This document shows positions 23,035 to 36,500 of a stretch of DNA of 64,000 bases, in pieces (position 1 is the stretch's first letter; every line of letters starts with the position of its first letter). Origin of the DNA: Octopus bimaculoides (lineage: Eukaryota); the NCBI RefSeq assembly GCF_001194135.2, contig NC_068995.1, positions 57,932,827 through 57,996,826 on the forward strand, in the 5' to 3' direction. A program made the translations under genes and the position numbers. Under the pieces are notes generated by a model that saw only the letters and a list, made by a program, of their open reading frames with translations, did no database searches and had not been told where the DNA came from.

Positions 23035-26000
23035 CTGGAAAAACAAAACAAAAGTTAAACAAAATTCAAAATCTATTTTCTATTTGAATTAATTATAACA
23101 ATAATTTAATGCTGTAAAAACGAAGTTATGTTAGTTTCAGAAAGATGTGTGCCAAACAAATTACTGTGTTTGTACACAAACTCACTTGCATACATACACT
23201 CACACACAAACTAATAACAATCTCAAATTAGCAGCAATGACCAGCCCCAGATACATAAACTAGGGGCCAGTAGGAGTTAAGTATATTTAGTAAGAACATA
23301 TAATAGCATTAGAGATTAGAACACACACTGTCTAAACTACAACTTCTATATGCACAGCCTGTGTTAAAGCAAGTCAGATAACAAACCACAATATCATGAA
23401 GTAGAAACTAAATTGTAATTCTCTTACAAGCCAAAGAAAAAGAGAAACTTTCATTTGTAGGATAACAATCTGTCAAACATCAAGATTTGACTCTTCCTCA
23501 AGTTGACAAAATCTAAAAATCCAAAATGAATTATTATTAATCAGATTATTATTTTAGGTTTTCGATTGTACAGTCACAGTGTTTCGATCTCCAGTCATTA
23601 TCATGTGTCTCATTCCAGGAGATGGCTTCATGGTTAAGAATGTCATTACCATTCTTAAGGTTACAGTGGAACCATGTCAGTGATCAGGTCACAATTGGTG
23701 TGACATAAATTTTGACACCAAATAAATGTTTATATAAAGTTAAAAGTGTGTGTGTGTGTGTGTGTTTTGAATGGCTAACATGTGTCCTCCATGCTGCAAT
23801 CGTTTTAGTTTCAATTTACGGTCTCAGATCACTGGTCAAGCAAGTACAACTCTGATATGTTATTACTTTAAATCTATCTGAAACACTACATCTATACACT
23901 CTAAAAATTAAGTTAATAACCACCAAACTCATAAATATTATTATAATTCTTTAATTGTTTGGAAACCATTTCACACTTTAGCATTCAGAATTACTCTGTT
24001 AAATGTAATACTTATTTATTCCCATCATCTTGTAGCTTTGAAATTACAATCATGTAGTATTTTACTTTTAGAATGGCAAAGTATGGTGTGAGGGGCTGGA
24101 TTCGATCAGCTTGAACATAAAACACATAGAATATTTGGACCAGGCATAGCTGGTTTCAATGCTAAAGGGTTAAATAAAGAAGATGTTGTTAGCCGGAGTC
24201 CAAGTTAGGCACAAAAATGAATATTGTATAACAATTACTTTCTCCTAAATTGTTCTCAAAAATCTAGAATCTGGATGCAAACTAAGACGAAAAGTGAACA
24301 GGAAAAAGGTGTCAGTTTCTTTAATTGGAAAATGCGTGGGTGCGGGGGGGGGGTAGTCTAATCAAGATTTCGTCTTAAGCACAAAGTGAAAAAAATACTA
24401 TTAGTTAACAGAAGGCATTTGTGGTAAGAGTAACCACAGAAAGTACGAAGAAAAAAATATATATGAACGGAACTCTGAGCAAGTCCCATCGAGATAATGC
24501 TTGAGTGATATGAATGAAGATATGCAATCTTGCAAACCAAACCCACTCATTCAGTAGGTTAAAAAAAAAAAGAATTAATATTATGAATATTTAAACTATG
24601 ATGATTTTAAATTTGCAACTGCTGAAGACTAGGCTTTTCAAAAACGTAATAAAAGATTATCAAATCAGTGTAGGATGTTATGGAAAGTATAATATCTCAA
24701 TGCTTTATAGAGAAACCAACTCAAGACTTCATTTCCATGTAGTACAACTTGGATAAATCGCATTTTTTGAGATTGTCTTTGCCGTGATACACTTACAGGA
24801 AGAGTTACCTCCCTTTAGCATATGAGCATTTTCGTGTTAACACCTTTAAACTAAGAAAACTGTCAAACCTTTGAGAACATAAACCAGTATTAATCTTTGA
24901 AATTAACACAAAACAGTGATATCTTATGAATATCTGACCTCTCAGCAGATCCCTCAGGCAAATGCATTCTAGTGATTTAGCCACCGGTGCACACTTCGTA
25001 ACCAGTGCTTTAAAATGCAAAGGAAAAATAATTTAAGTCGTATAACAAACTCTGAGTGTCTTTACCTGGATGGGATGCAGCCAGTTTTCTCTCTTCTTCG
25101 AGGACAGCAGTCATATCTTGATTAAGCATTCGCTGGATCATCACCATTTCAGCTGATGGCTTATCTCGCTTTAATAAAATAAATCAATCATCAAATACGA
25201 CTAATGACCAAATTTATGTACAAATTTAGGGTATTCACATACACGCATTCACTCACCCATACAGATAGGCAGACAATGAAAATGCACAAAGATAAAGTAA
25301 ACTTGAATATGTGAAATTAGAAAGATGAATTTGAGATTTGCAATGGTAAGAGATTAAATAGAACTAAAACTATACGATGTAAAGAACCAAAAGAAATACC
25401 ATCAATCATTTCTTCAAACACTCAAACAATTCTGCCAATGTAACCTGTTGTCTTTACAAACCAAACAGGAATAGCAAAGAATGAGGCCAGAGAATAAGAA
25501 TTTTAAAAAAAAAGGGGGGGGGGCAGATTTAAAATGTGACAAAATAGAATTCTGAAGAAATTTTTTTCCAGATTGGTAATTTCAAGTGTAGAAAAAAACA
25601 GGAATAATAACAAAGAATATAAATCCAAGAGGGATGAGGAGAGATCTAGTCATAAATGAAAGCAATTCTGAAATTCCTGACTCCAAAAATAGGAGACAAA
25701 GTTGACTTCAGTGACTGCCTTTCATCCTTTCAGAGTTAATAAAGTAACATTCAAGTACAAAGATTAATTTAATTGATTATACCTCCATGCCCACCACCAA
25801 ATATCTGGTCTTGTGCCTATGTTAGAAACAACAATAATAATAATTGTTTTAAATTTTGGTACAAGGCCAGTCATTTTTTAGGGCTTCTGGGGTCACAAGT
25901 TGATTATATGAACTCTAGTATTTTATTTTACCAACCCTGAAAGGACGAAGCACAAAGTTGACCTCAGAGAGAAAGAATGCTGCTAAGCATCTTCTCTGAT

Positions 26001-29000
26001 GTGCCGATGGTTCTGCCAGGTCACTGCCTCAACAACAACAACAACAATCGTTTTTATTAGTGAACAAGTAAATAATAGAATAGGGATTATAGCTGTAACA
26101 GGGAACAAGATAATAATTACCCAGAATGAATAACAAGTGGCATTGTGAAACTGTCGAGTTGTCGGCAACTAAACCAGCAACCCTACTTGAGCTTGCTTGG
26201 TGAAGAGGGTGGATTTTCAACACCCTCGGCAGAGGAACTGAAAAGAGTCAATGGTCATTCCAAAAACGGGTAGACAGAACTCGTGAGCCTTGGTTTATAG
26301 TCTGTCTAGGAGAAGGAACACTCTGATTTAAAAACTGGGGTAGATAGAACTCCTTAGTCACAGAGGTGACAAGCGGTCAGTGTCCTGCAGCTCCATGCCT
26401 GGTATGAAGGCGAATGAACTACGAATCAGGACTTCTGAAGTCCGGAGCAATATTTGGATGAAGATACGGGACCAACTGATGGTCATCTGTCCCTTAGTGA
26501 GAATCAGGATCATGGCCCCCAACACACAGAAATGCAAAGGGAACAGACTCAGCTTATGGGTAGTAAGAGCTCTGCAGTCTTGGTTGACAATCTTACTAGT
26601 GATTGTGTCTCGATAAAAATATTGGTTGGTGGCTAACCATAAAACACACACCTCATTGTTGAGTGAAAACGTCTAATACAAATGTATCAAATAATGGCGT
26701 TAATGAGGCTGGAAGCAAAGGTGAAAGCCTTTCGCCCGGTAGATGCCCTGTGGTTGAGCAGTGCAGGCCTGGTCGTCATCCAGAGACTGCTTGTACACAA
26801 AGCCAGGGGCAGAGAAGAAGGTGGGATAAGGAGGCAAACTGAACGGTAATTGAATGCTGGATCAGGAGTGAACAAAGTCTGAAATCATTGGAGAGGGAGC
26901 CTAGTCAACGACATCGACTCCAGTACTCAACAGGTCCTTCATCTATCAGCCACAGCAGCATCTGAACTCCTCAGAATGTGAAGATGGATAAAATGATACA
27001 AAGCATTTTGACTGACAGGGCAACGATTCTGCCAGCTCACCACTCTTAAGACAACATTGACTTCAGCAATATTTGAACTCAGAAATATAAACAGCCAGAA
27101 GAAAGACCACTAAGCATGCTAATGATTCTGTCAGATTGATGATGATAACAGAAGAGGAGGATCATGATCACTCTCATTTTTGGGGTTTTGAAATTATTAT
27201 TTAGAAACACATAACACTTACCATACTTTCTTCAAGTAGTAAAATTCTATATTTGTCAAACATTGACTGTTTTTTCTTTAAGATTTCTTCAGCAGCTTGT
27301 TCAAATAGTTGATCAGCTAATGGAATACAATTTTTGAAAAATCAATATAAACTAACATAAAACAGTTCAACTTGATCCTTTAAATTTTTTTCTTTCTCTA
27401 TATCCCATGGTAGAGCCATGAATGCTATTCAAAAGATACATACTTCACTATATTAACTTTTGTTAATATAATTGTCATCATTCTCTTTTCTATTCAGCTT
27501 CTTACCACTGTAGAGTGGTAAGCTTTTGCTTTACAGAGCACAAGGCGACTTCGGCAGTACTGAGATTAGATATAATGCACCTGGTATACTTTGTGAAGTA
27601 ATTAACGAATGAGTAGAGACAAGAGAGGGCCGAGAGGATGTTTAATCTGTCTGAGATATTACAGCCTCTCTAGTGATGGTGCCATGATAAAATGCACCCA
27701 GTACACCCTATAAAGTGGTTGGTGTTAAAAATATCCAGCCATAGAACTCCTACTAAAAATGGAATGTTTTTCAAGTGACATGGTTCCTTAATCTGTGAAG
27801 GACAGATAAGAACTTCAACAGTAATGACCTGGCTAAACTATGCTAGCTGTGTTGGATTAAGGCACAGGAGAAGCGTCTGCCATTGAAATGGGGGCTCCAA
27901 AGATTAACAGAAAAATTATTGAAAATCTGACAGAAGGAAGCTTCAAAATACTTGTAACGTAGAGGCCTGAAAAAATCTTAATCTGCATTCCAGCATGGAA
28001 AGCGTAATATATGTTTAAGATTATATGATTGCGTATATTGTCCCACCACAGTGGAATAAGTGTTTGTGGTGAGGTTGTAGATGTACAAAAGACTGATAGT
28101 TTATAATAATATATAACACAATCACAAAATAAAGTAAATATAACAATCATCATCATTTAATGCCCATATATATGTATATTTTAAATGACTAACATGACTT
28201 TCCAGTCTCAACACACTCATTTCACATCAACACTCTTGCCAAAGTACAACTCATTTTTTTTTTTTTTTTAACCATAAAAGAAAAACACTATTTATTCAAT
28301 GTTGGAATGACTGTGAAAAATTTATCTGTTTACAATTATGAATTATGAGAGTTATATTTTATTCTTTCACTATTCTCAGTCTTTGGACTGTAACTTTGCA
28401 GAAACACCACTTTCAAAAGTCTTGTAGGTGATTACAATAACTCTAGTACCGGTTTGGTACTTATTTTATCAATCTCATAAGGGACAAAAGACAAAGTCCA
28501 CCTTCGTAATTTTATTAAGCCATATCTTGCCAACAGATTTCACACACACACACACACACACACACGAAGGTCTTGCACATAGTTTCTGTCGACTAAACTT
28601 CACTCACAATCAGCTTTGGCTGATTGGTGGGTATAGAAAAGACATTTATTTGCACAGTGGGTTTAGAAGCAAACAGTTACTAAGACAACTTCTGAATCAC
28701 ATGGTCATGCAATCATGCTTGAGCTGTTATCCTATGGCTGCATGACAACTACTCAACTAAAGCAAGAGTGGTATCCATTTTCAGCTAAGCAGACTGATTC
28801 AAACATCTGGACTGTGTATAAACACAACAGTTGAATCGAAATTTGAATTAGTGACCTTATAACAAATAGGCCAGTTCATTAAAACTAGTCACAATACCAA
28901 ATAAATTGTAGCTAGTTATAACTAAAAACAGTTGTTTAACTTGTTTGCATAATAACATGGCATAATTCCAAAGTTTTTCCCTACTTCAAATGTTCTCGCT

Positions 29001-32000
29001 AGAGAAAGAGATTCCTACACACCAACATTAAATCACTTTTATAAATTAGTTACTATCACCACAGAACTACCTGGTATGATTAGTACTTTAAAGGAAAAAC
29101 CCAAACAATTGATGTCAAATTTAAGCAACAATATTTGCATTCTCACCAAATGAATTTTCCTGTCAATGTACATGAACAAGCTTTTCTCATTTGACAGACT
29201 TTTCAAATAGCAGAGATAATCGATAAAAAATTTCCAAAGCCAAAGATTAGTAGATTATTTGTACGGAACAAAATGAAAGGGATTAAAGGACTAATAATGC
29301 TGCTCATGTCTCAACTATGATGATAATGTCGACTGAGCAAGAGAGAAACTAACCTTTGTCCAATTTTTCTTGATTTGGTCCCCAATCCTGGAATACATGG
29401 AAACAAATAAGACGTTGGCAAGCATCTGATTTGTCTTTAAAAGGGGTCTTCATGTCTGCTTTCAATGCACAAGCTTGATCATGGTTCAATCGTTGGTGAA
29501 TTCTGTTTTGAAATAGAAAATAAACTGATGATAGTAGAACATTGAAATATCAAACATAAATGATCAGTAATTATGAAATAAAATCCACATAGCTGGCACT
29601 TTGATAATAAATCATTGAAATGTTAACTGCTACAGAGACAAATTCTTTTTATTATGTAGTTCCCAGAAAGAAGCCCTCTCCAAAGATTACATTAACTACT
29701 ATAGACCAACACAAAAACATACAGCAGTAAAACAAATTGTGTTATAGAATAAATACTGCAACCTATTTTTACTAATATTTTAATGATTCTGCCAATTTGG
29801 TGGCCAATGACAACATTTGAATTAAGTAGCAAAATATTTGCTGTTATAAAATGTAAGTTATGCTATTTGTAAACTAAGCGAATACATTGAGCATGTATTA
29901 CTAGAGACAAGGGTCTGCAACATAAACCCTTCCCTTTAAAAGAACAATATCATAATAAGTCAGCCATATTTTTTTCTGAAATCATTTTAAATGTGTTTTG
30001 AATTTATTTTTATACCAGTTCAGATTGGAAGTTGCATAAATTCAGGAGGAAGGAAATCAATTGTAAAATGTCACAAATTCACTGAATCATTTCTTCACAA
30101 CTCAGAAGGCTTTGGGCTTTTGTAGGCCAATAACCTGAAAGCTAAGAAGCTACACAAGTTTCTTTCTTTCTTCTTTTTTTATTCTTGTGATAAACAGAAT
30201 ACAAACAATCAAAAAGCAGGAAAAACAAGAGAATACCTGTTGGGATTCTGAAAGCGTCAGGTTATTTAGATGCTATGAGGGAATGCATTAAAGGTGGTGG
30301 TGTTGCGGTTGCTCAATTGTAGTCACCACTCTGCTACCTTCCTGGAGTTGCTCCATAAGTCCAGTGCATTTAGATTAGTGGGATTAGTTAAATAGTGGAA
30401 GAGATATGGGACATCTTGTGAAGCACAGTAATAAATTAGACCTTTGTCGGTAATTTCTAGATCTGGATCTACAGAGTGGGATAGTCAGCAGGAACATAAA
30501 AAACAAGACAGACAGACAGCAACAGTGCTACTGTGTATCTCATTTCCTCTGGTAGATATAATTCTTTATTTATAATGAGCTGGTCTGGTGATAGTAGCCA
30601 CTTGCTTGGTAGTATTTGAAGTTAGTAGCTTTGAACTGTATCAACTGCAAAACTGATATTTTTCCATTCTTATCTCTTCGTTTTCATCATCATCATCATC
30701 GTTTAACGTCTGCTTTCCATGCTGGCATGGGTTGGATGATCTGACTGAGGGCTGGTAAGCCAGGGGGCTGCACCAGGCTCCAATCCAATCTGGCAATGTT
30801 TCTACAGCTGGATGCCCTTCCTAACGCCAACCACTCCAAGAGTGTAGTGGGTGTTTTTTATGTGTCACCGACATGAGGGCCAGTCAGGCAGTACTGGCAT
30901 CAACCACGCTCGAATGGTGCTTTTTGCATGCCACCAGCACTGGTGTCAATCAGGCACTACTGTCATCGGCCACGACAACGATTTCACTTGCCTCCACAGG
31001 TCTTCTCAAGCACAGTTTATCGCCCAATGACTGAAGGGTACTCTTAAATGGGCCGGTCATGCTGCACTGGCAGAGGCCATGGTTACAGCCTCACTACTTG
31101 AGCTAAATAGTTCACGAGAGCTGTTCAAAGAGTTTACAAAATAGAAATTGATAGACAATTCAGTGTGGAATTTAGCATAAAAAATGAGTGTTCATTTAGG
31201 TTGTGTATTGAGTTCTTTTCCCAATTCATTACAATTTGAAGAAGATCATGCTGAGAATTTGATGACAATCTACAAAAGTAAGTTTCAAACTTGAGAAAAC
31301 AGTTTTGAGCCAAAACTTCAAAAGCATGGCAAAGACCAATATCTTATCTTTTAACAGAGGATAGAAGATCATAGCACCATCTTAGAAATGATTTTGCTCA
31401 ATATGTAGGAAGAAAACTGGTAGAAATTAAAAACTCTGTATTGAGGGGAAGCAATGGGGTAAAGATTTCAGATGCCCTAAAATATACAAGAATAGCTAAC
31501 AGTAATTATACCAACAAAATACCCGACAACTTTTTTTTTTCACTGAACTGACACTGCAAGTGGAAGAAGACTTCAAAGCAATAAATTGTTAAGCATGTAT
31601 TATGCTTCATTATAGACTTACACAACTCCTTTGGACAATTCAGCTGGTCGTTTTTGTGCCTTTCCAGATGACTTTATCACAGTCGATGACTGACCTGGTT
31701 CTACTTTGATCTGCACCAAATTTTTATCAAACTCCTGGAAAGAAATGATTTGATATATTGAATATCTCTTAATAATTACAAAATGTACATAATTGAAATT
31801 AATAAAATTAAATTCCAATTTGAAGCTTTGATGAAGGCTGAAAAATGAATTACTAAAAGATTTAGTGTACTTGGTGCATGTAAATGACTTTTCTTATTTT
31901 TAGCCTTTGAATTACTGATTAAAAATATAAGCCAGATATACAGCAAACATGTTTATTCTGCTCTGCTTTAATATAACTTGTTAGCTATTAGCAATTCAGT

Positions 32001-33539
32001 TCAGGTTAATAAAAACTAAAATTCAGTTGTAAAACTGAATTTTAGATTTTATTACTGATATGTGAGCTTGCATTCCTCTTATTTATTTTAGCAATTCCAG
32101 GAGCCAGTCATAAAACAGATTTGATGGTTGCTGCTCCATAATCAAAAGAATAATGTTCTTTTTATGAGTGTTCAAAGAAGAGAAGCCTTGGCAAATTAAG
32201 TTCAGAATTTGTCTACAGTTCCTTAAGAGTCATTTCTATGAGTTCAGCCATAGTCAGTGGCTTGAAAGGTGATGCTTTTATTTGTGAAGATGCATTTCAC
32301 CTGAATACCAAACGTATCAACAACTTGAGCACCGAGTGTCATCTTATTCAGGCTGACAGCATTTTCATTTCAGTAATGAAAATTTTCTTTGTCAACCTCC
32401 AGTCAATTCTCAGATTGTTCCAATGTTTCTTTTGTGTTTTATCATCAAACAGCTGCATCACCTTAGCCTCAAATATTGGTCTCTTCCGAGTTTTACATCA
32501 GTACAAAGAAAAGAAAAAAAAACCTATAAATATATAAGCAATTTTCTTTTCTTCATTTCTTAGTTGAATTCCATTCTCCCCAATCCATTCCTGTTAGTAT
32601 AGGTAGGATGGATGTTAGAGTAGGTGCTTTATAGTTAGATATAACTTCCTACAGATAGCTACCTGACTAAGATTGCAATTTAAAATAGTTGTCAGAGAGA
32701 CAAGTAGCATTTAGGCTTACTTAGGAGCACAGCCCAATGCCAGTAGGGGGGGGGGGGTGAGTTCAGAGTTATGGAGTCAGTACTGCAAACCCCTAGATGA
32801 AGAACTAAAGAGTTACACAAAAATAACAAACACTAGACAGAAACCAATACTACACACCCTAATCCACACTTCAGTGCATTCTTTTCATATTATTATTATC
32901 CAGCACAAGTATTGCAATGTATTTGTGTCAATAAGTTTGTAATTCTGAACATACCAACTTTACAAATCCTACTTTTCGTCCCAAACAGAGCCTTTAAACA
33001 AGAATCTAATTGACTAAATAAGACTAAGTACTCAAGTATAGTGAACTGAAATGACTAGATACTTAACAGTTCAGTTTTGTAGTTTATATTGAAATCTTGT
33101 TAGAATTGAGTCTAAACTTTTGACAGACTAGGGCTTCTCCAAAATAGAGGGAATATCTTTAATGTTAACAAGACAAGATCAATTCCCACTCAAAGAGCCT
33201 GCTTGGCTTAAATAAATACTAAAATGATTAATAAGAAAATCTCTTACTCAAAGGAGAGAGGCCTCTTTGAGAAGCTGTTGCCTTGAAATAAGAAATCAAC
33301 CCACCTGAACTGGGACTGGTATTTTGGCGTCCATAACCATTTGTCCTTTACAAGTATGCCGAGAGATTTGTTGGCCTTTACTTATTATAACAGTACCACC
33401 AGACATATTTGTGGCAGCTGCAACAGTTGCAGTCGTCTGCTGCTGTCGGATCTGTCGCGGTTGTAACTGTTGCTGATGGTGATGATGGTGTTGCTGCTGC
33501 TGCTGCTGTTGTTGATGCTGCTGATGATGTTGGTGTTGA

Positions 33540-33574
<35 letters not shown>

Positions 33575-36500
33575 CTGTGCTTGCAGGAGCTGTGAATTAG
33601 CTTGATCCAACTTGACAATAAACTTAGCTTTGTGTTTCAGGTACACTTGCTGTTGCTCTGGTGTCAGTTGAGCCAGGTGTGCCAACACAGCTTCTTTGTT
33701 ATGACCCGTCAAATTGATAAGGACTTCTTTATCACCCATCTGGAAAACAAAAAAAACATTTTATAAACAAATGTAGAAGATAAACAAAACATGGGATAAT
33801 ATACTTGATTGCTGGACATTATATGAATCACTGGAGTGAAAAAGCTGTATCAGTCTTTTATCCAAGGAAACCTGGGCCTTGTTTCAGACAGATGAGCAAA
33901 AGCAATGCAGCAGACAACATTGCTACCCAGTCAGCAACACAACAAAATTGACTGTGGATTTGAATACATCAACTACGATCCAATAGTTTAATACCTGACC
34001 TGTGTGGTCATTTCAGCTCTACAACATATCTTTTTCTCATCTTCTTACTAGATCCAGTCTTGAGCGTGGTTTTGCCAGTACCGCCTGACTGGCCTTCATG
34101 CCGGTGGCACGTAAAAGCACCCTCTACACTCTCGGAGTGGTTGGCGTTAGGAAGGTCATCCAGCTGTAGAAACTCTGCCAAATCAGATTGGAGCCTGGCG
34201 CAGCCATCTGGTGTCACCAGTCCTCAGTTAAATCATCCTACCCATGCTAGCATGGAAAGCGGACGTTAAATGAGAGAGAGAGACATAGATACAATATAAA
34301 AGTGCTCTGCACCCTACTGGCATGATCCAGAGATATGCAGAATCTCTGGTATCAATAAAGATTGCAAGCTTGAGCAAGTAGTAGAATCGTGATCTTCAAT
34401 GCCAGCCCCCCCCCACACACACACACACACACATGATTTTATATGAAAGAAAGTTCTCCTAGAGATATGCTTTAAAGGACGCATCACAAGCAGCAGCCTT
34501 GCACTGTGTTGGAGCCACACATTTCCAAACACAAACACACTGATGATACAAATGACAAGAGAATTCTTTCTTTTTGCACTTTGTGGGCAGAAATCATGGA
34601 GTTTTGATAAGGGTTTACTCATCTACTTATCTACTACACTCCACTCAGAAAGCATTGATCAACCCAAGGCTACGGAAAAAAAAAGATACTTGTCCAAAGT
34701 ACCATGCAAGGGAATCGAGCATGATCCAAGTCGATGCAAAGCAAGTTCCTGAACACATGCAACCATTCCTGCATAAGGCACACAGTCGAATAGTCCGCGT
34801 ATTCGGCTCATGATCATAAGGTTGTAAGCCTGATTCCTGGCAGCACACTGTGTCCTTGAGCAAGACACTTTATTTCACATTGCTCCAGTTCATTCAGATG
34901 GCAAAAATGAATTGTACCTGTAATTCACAAGGGGTCAGCTCATGACACATTTCTGTGTCATGCTGAATCTCCCTCAGAATGACCATTAACGATATATGTG
35001 TCTTTGGAGTGCTCAGCCACTTGCATGTTTCATTTCATAAGCAGGCTGTTTCGTTGATTGAATCCTCTGGAATACTCACTGTCGTAACTGATGGGGTGCC
35101 AGGCCAGGTCACTGCATTTGGAGATTCCGAGTGTCATAAAAGTGACCATTTATTGGCTAAAACGTCAGTAATATCATTGTCCTTGACAAAATACTTAGCT
35201 CTGAATGGGTAAAGTTCACTGACCATAAATAAGCACCAAAAGAGAATACAGTTCCTTACTACTGGCCACAGAAGCAGTGCTAAAGCATAACTGCCAAAGT
35301 ATTTTGTTATTTTGTAGTACTGAGTGCCAGTTCTTACACTTTAGTGTTTCAACCAGCCATATCCGGCCTGAATATTATTTCCATTGTTTTAGGCTCAAGC
35401 TGATCAGATTCAGCCTCTCACACCTATTCTACAATATTATTCTAAAGATAAACAATCACATCAACAACATTTTGAAGCCATGAGATAAGGCACAATTAAT
35501 TCAAAACAATGTGAATAAATAAGCATTACATTTGAGAGAGTAATATGAACGCTAAAGGCTTAGCAAAAGAATAGGAAACCAAAATAGCATGATGCTACTT
35601 GAATCAAGTTTTGCAGTGACATTCCTGTGCTTCATTGGGTCTTGGATTTGCCTAATTGCATCTGTTTTCTTCTACACTGTCATTAGTTTAATTTTGACAA
35701 ATTTGGCAACATTAACATACAAACAAGTGGAACTTGTGTATTTTACAGAGAAATGCCCCTTGTAATATCAAATAACATGATCATGAAATAGTTATTCCAA
35801 GTATATAGACTGCATCAATATCACTGGTCTTGGAGGGTCTGCAAAGGCAATTGGCACAGATCTTTCCCACAGACAAACAGAAGGACTGAACCTGGAATCA
35901 GAGAATTTATTGATCCTAATTAAAATAAACTGAAGAAATGTATAATAAAATTTTCTGATTAGAAGTCTTCAGGAAATCAAAACTGAAAGTCTGTGAGTAG
36001 AGTGTGCTATTACCTTATTTACTCAATAAATCTATTGTACTCAAAATACTGGCAGACTTAAGGTATTATTATGAAAATGATAACAACAAAGATGTTCTTA
36101 AAAACGTAGTAGAAAGAAAAAGGAAAAATGATAAACAATGAATTGGACGTAATTCTACAAACCTTAACTGGAGTAGAAACAGCAGTTGGTGTGGCAGGTA
36201 TTGGTAATTTTCCAGCAGTGATTGTGGGCATGTTGGAAGCTGGCACAAACGTCCCAGATGAAACTGCAGTGCTGGTCACCACTGGAATCAATGTTGTACC
36301 AGGGATCATACCCACCATATGCTGTTTGCCTCCACTCGAAGTTGTCAATACTTGAATGCCAGTACCTGCTTGGCCGGACTGAACAATATTTGTTGGGTGT
36401 GAAGTCAACATGGATACTGTTTGAGATGACTGAACTGATCCTGGAGTTGACTGATTCGGAATGGAATTAGAAATGACATTTGTAACTGATTTGCCAACAG

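Noticed and set aside
23035-23062. MFNFCFVFP start of ORF 20858..23062, and tails of ORFs 36058 and 55680
   Set aside because: Intronic sequence beyond the splice sites; the TTG start is not a real initiation.
23634-23658. Perfect 9-bp intronic hairpin ttaagaatg/cattcttaa
   Set aside because: AT-rich and short; expected by chance in 64 kb.
26270-26640. Possible RTE-type LINE 5' region (gtctaggagaaggaacactctgatt)
   Set aside because: Resemblance rests on one short motif, with no translatable endonuclease evidence and no second copy here.
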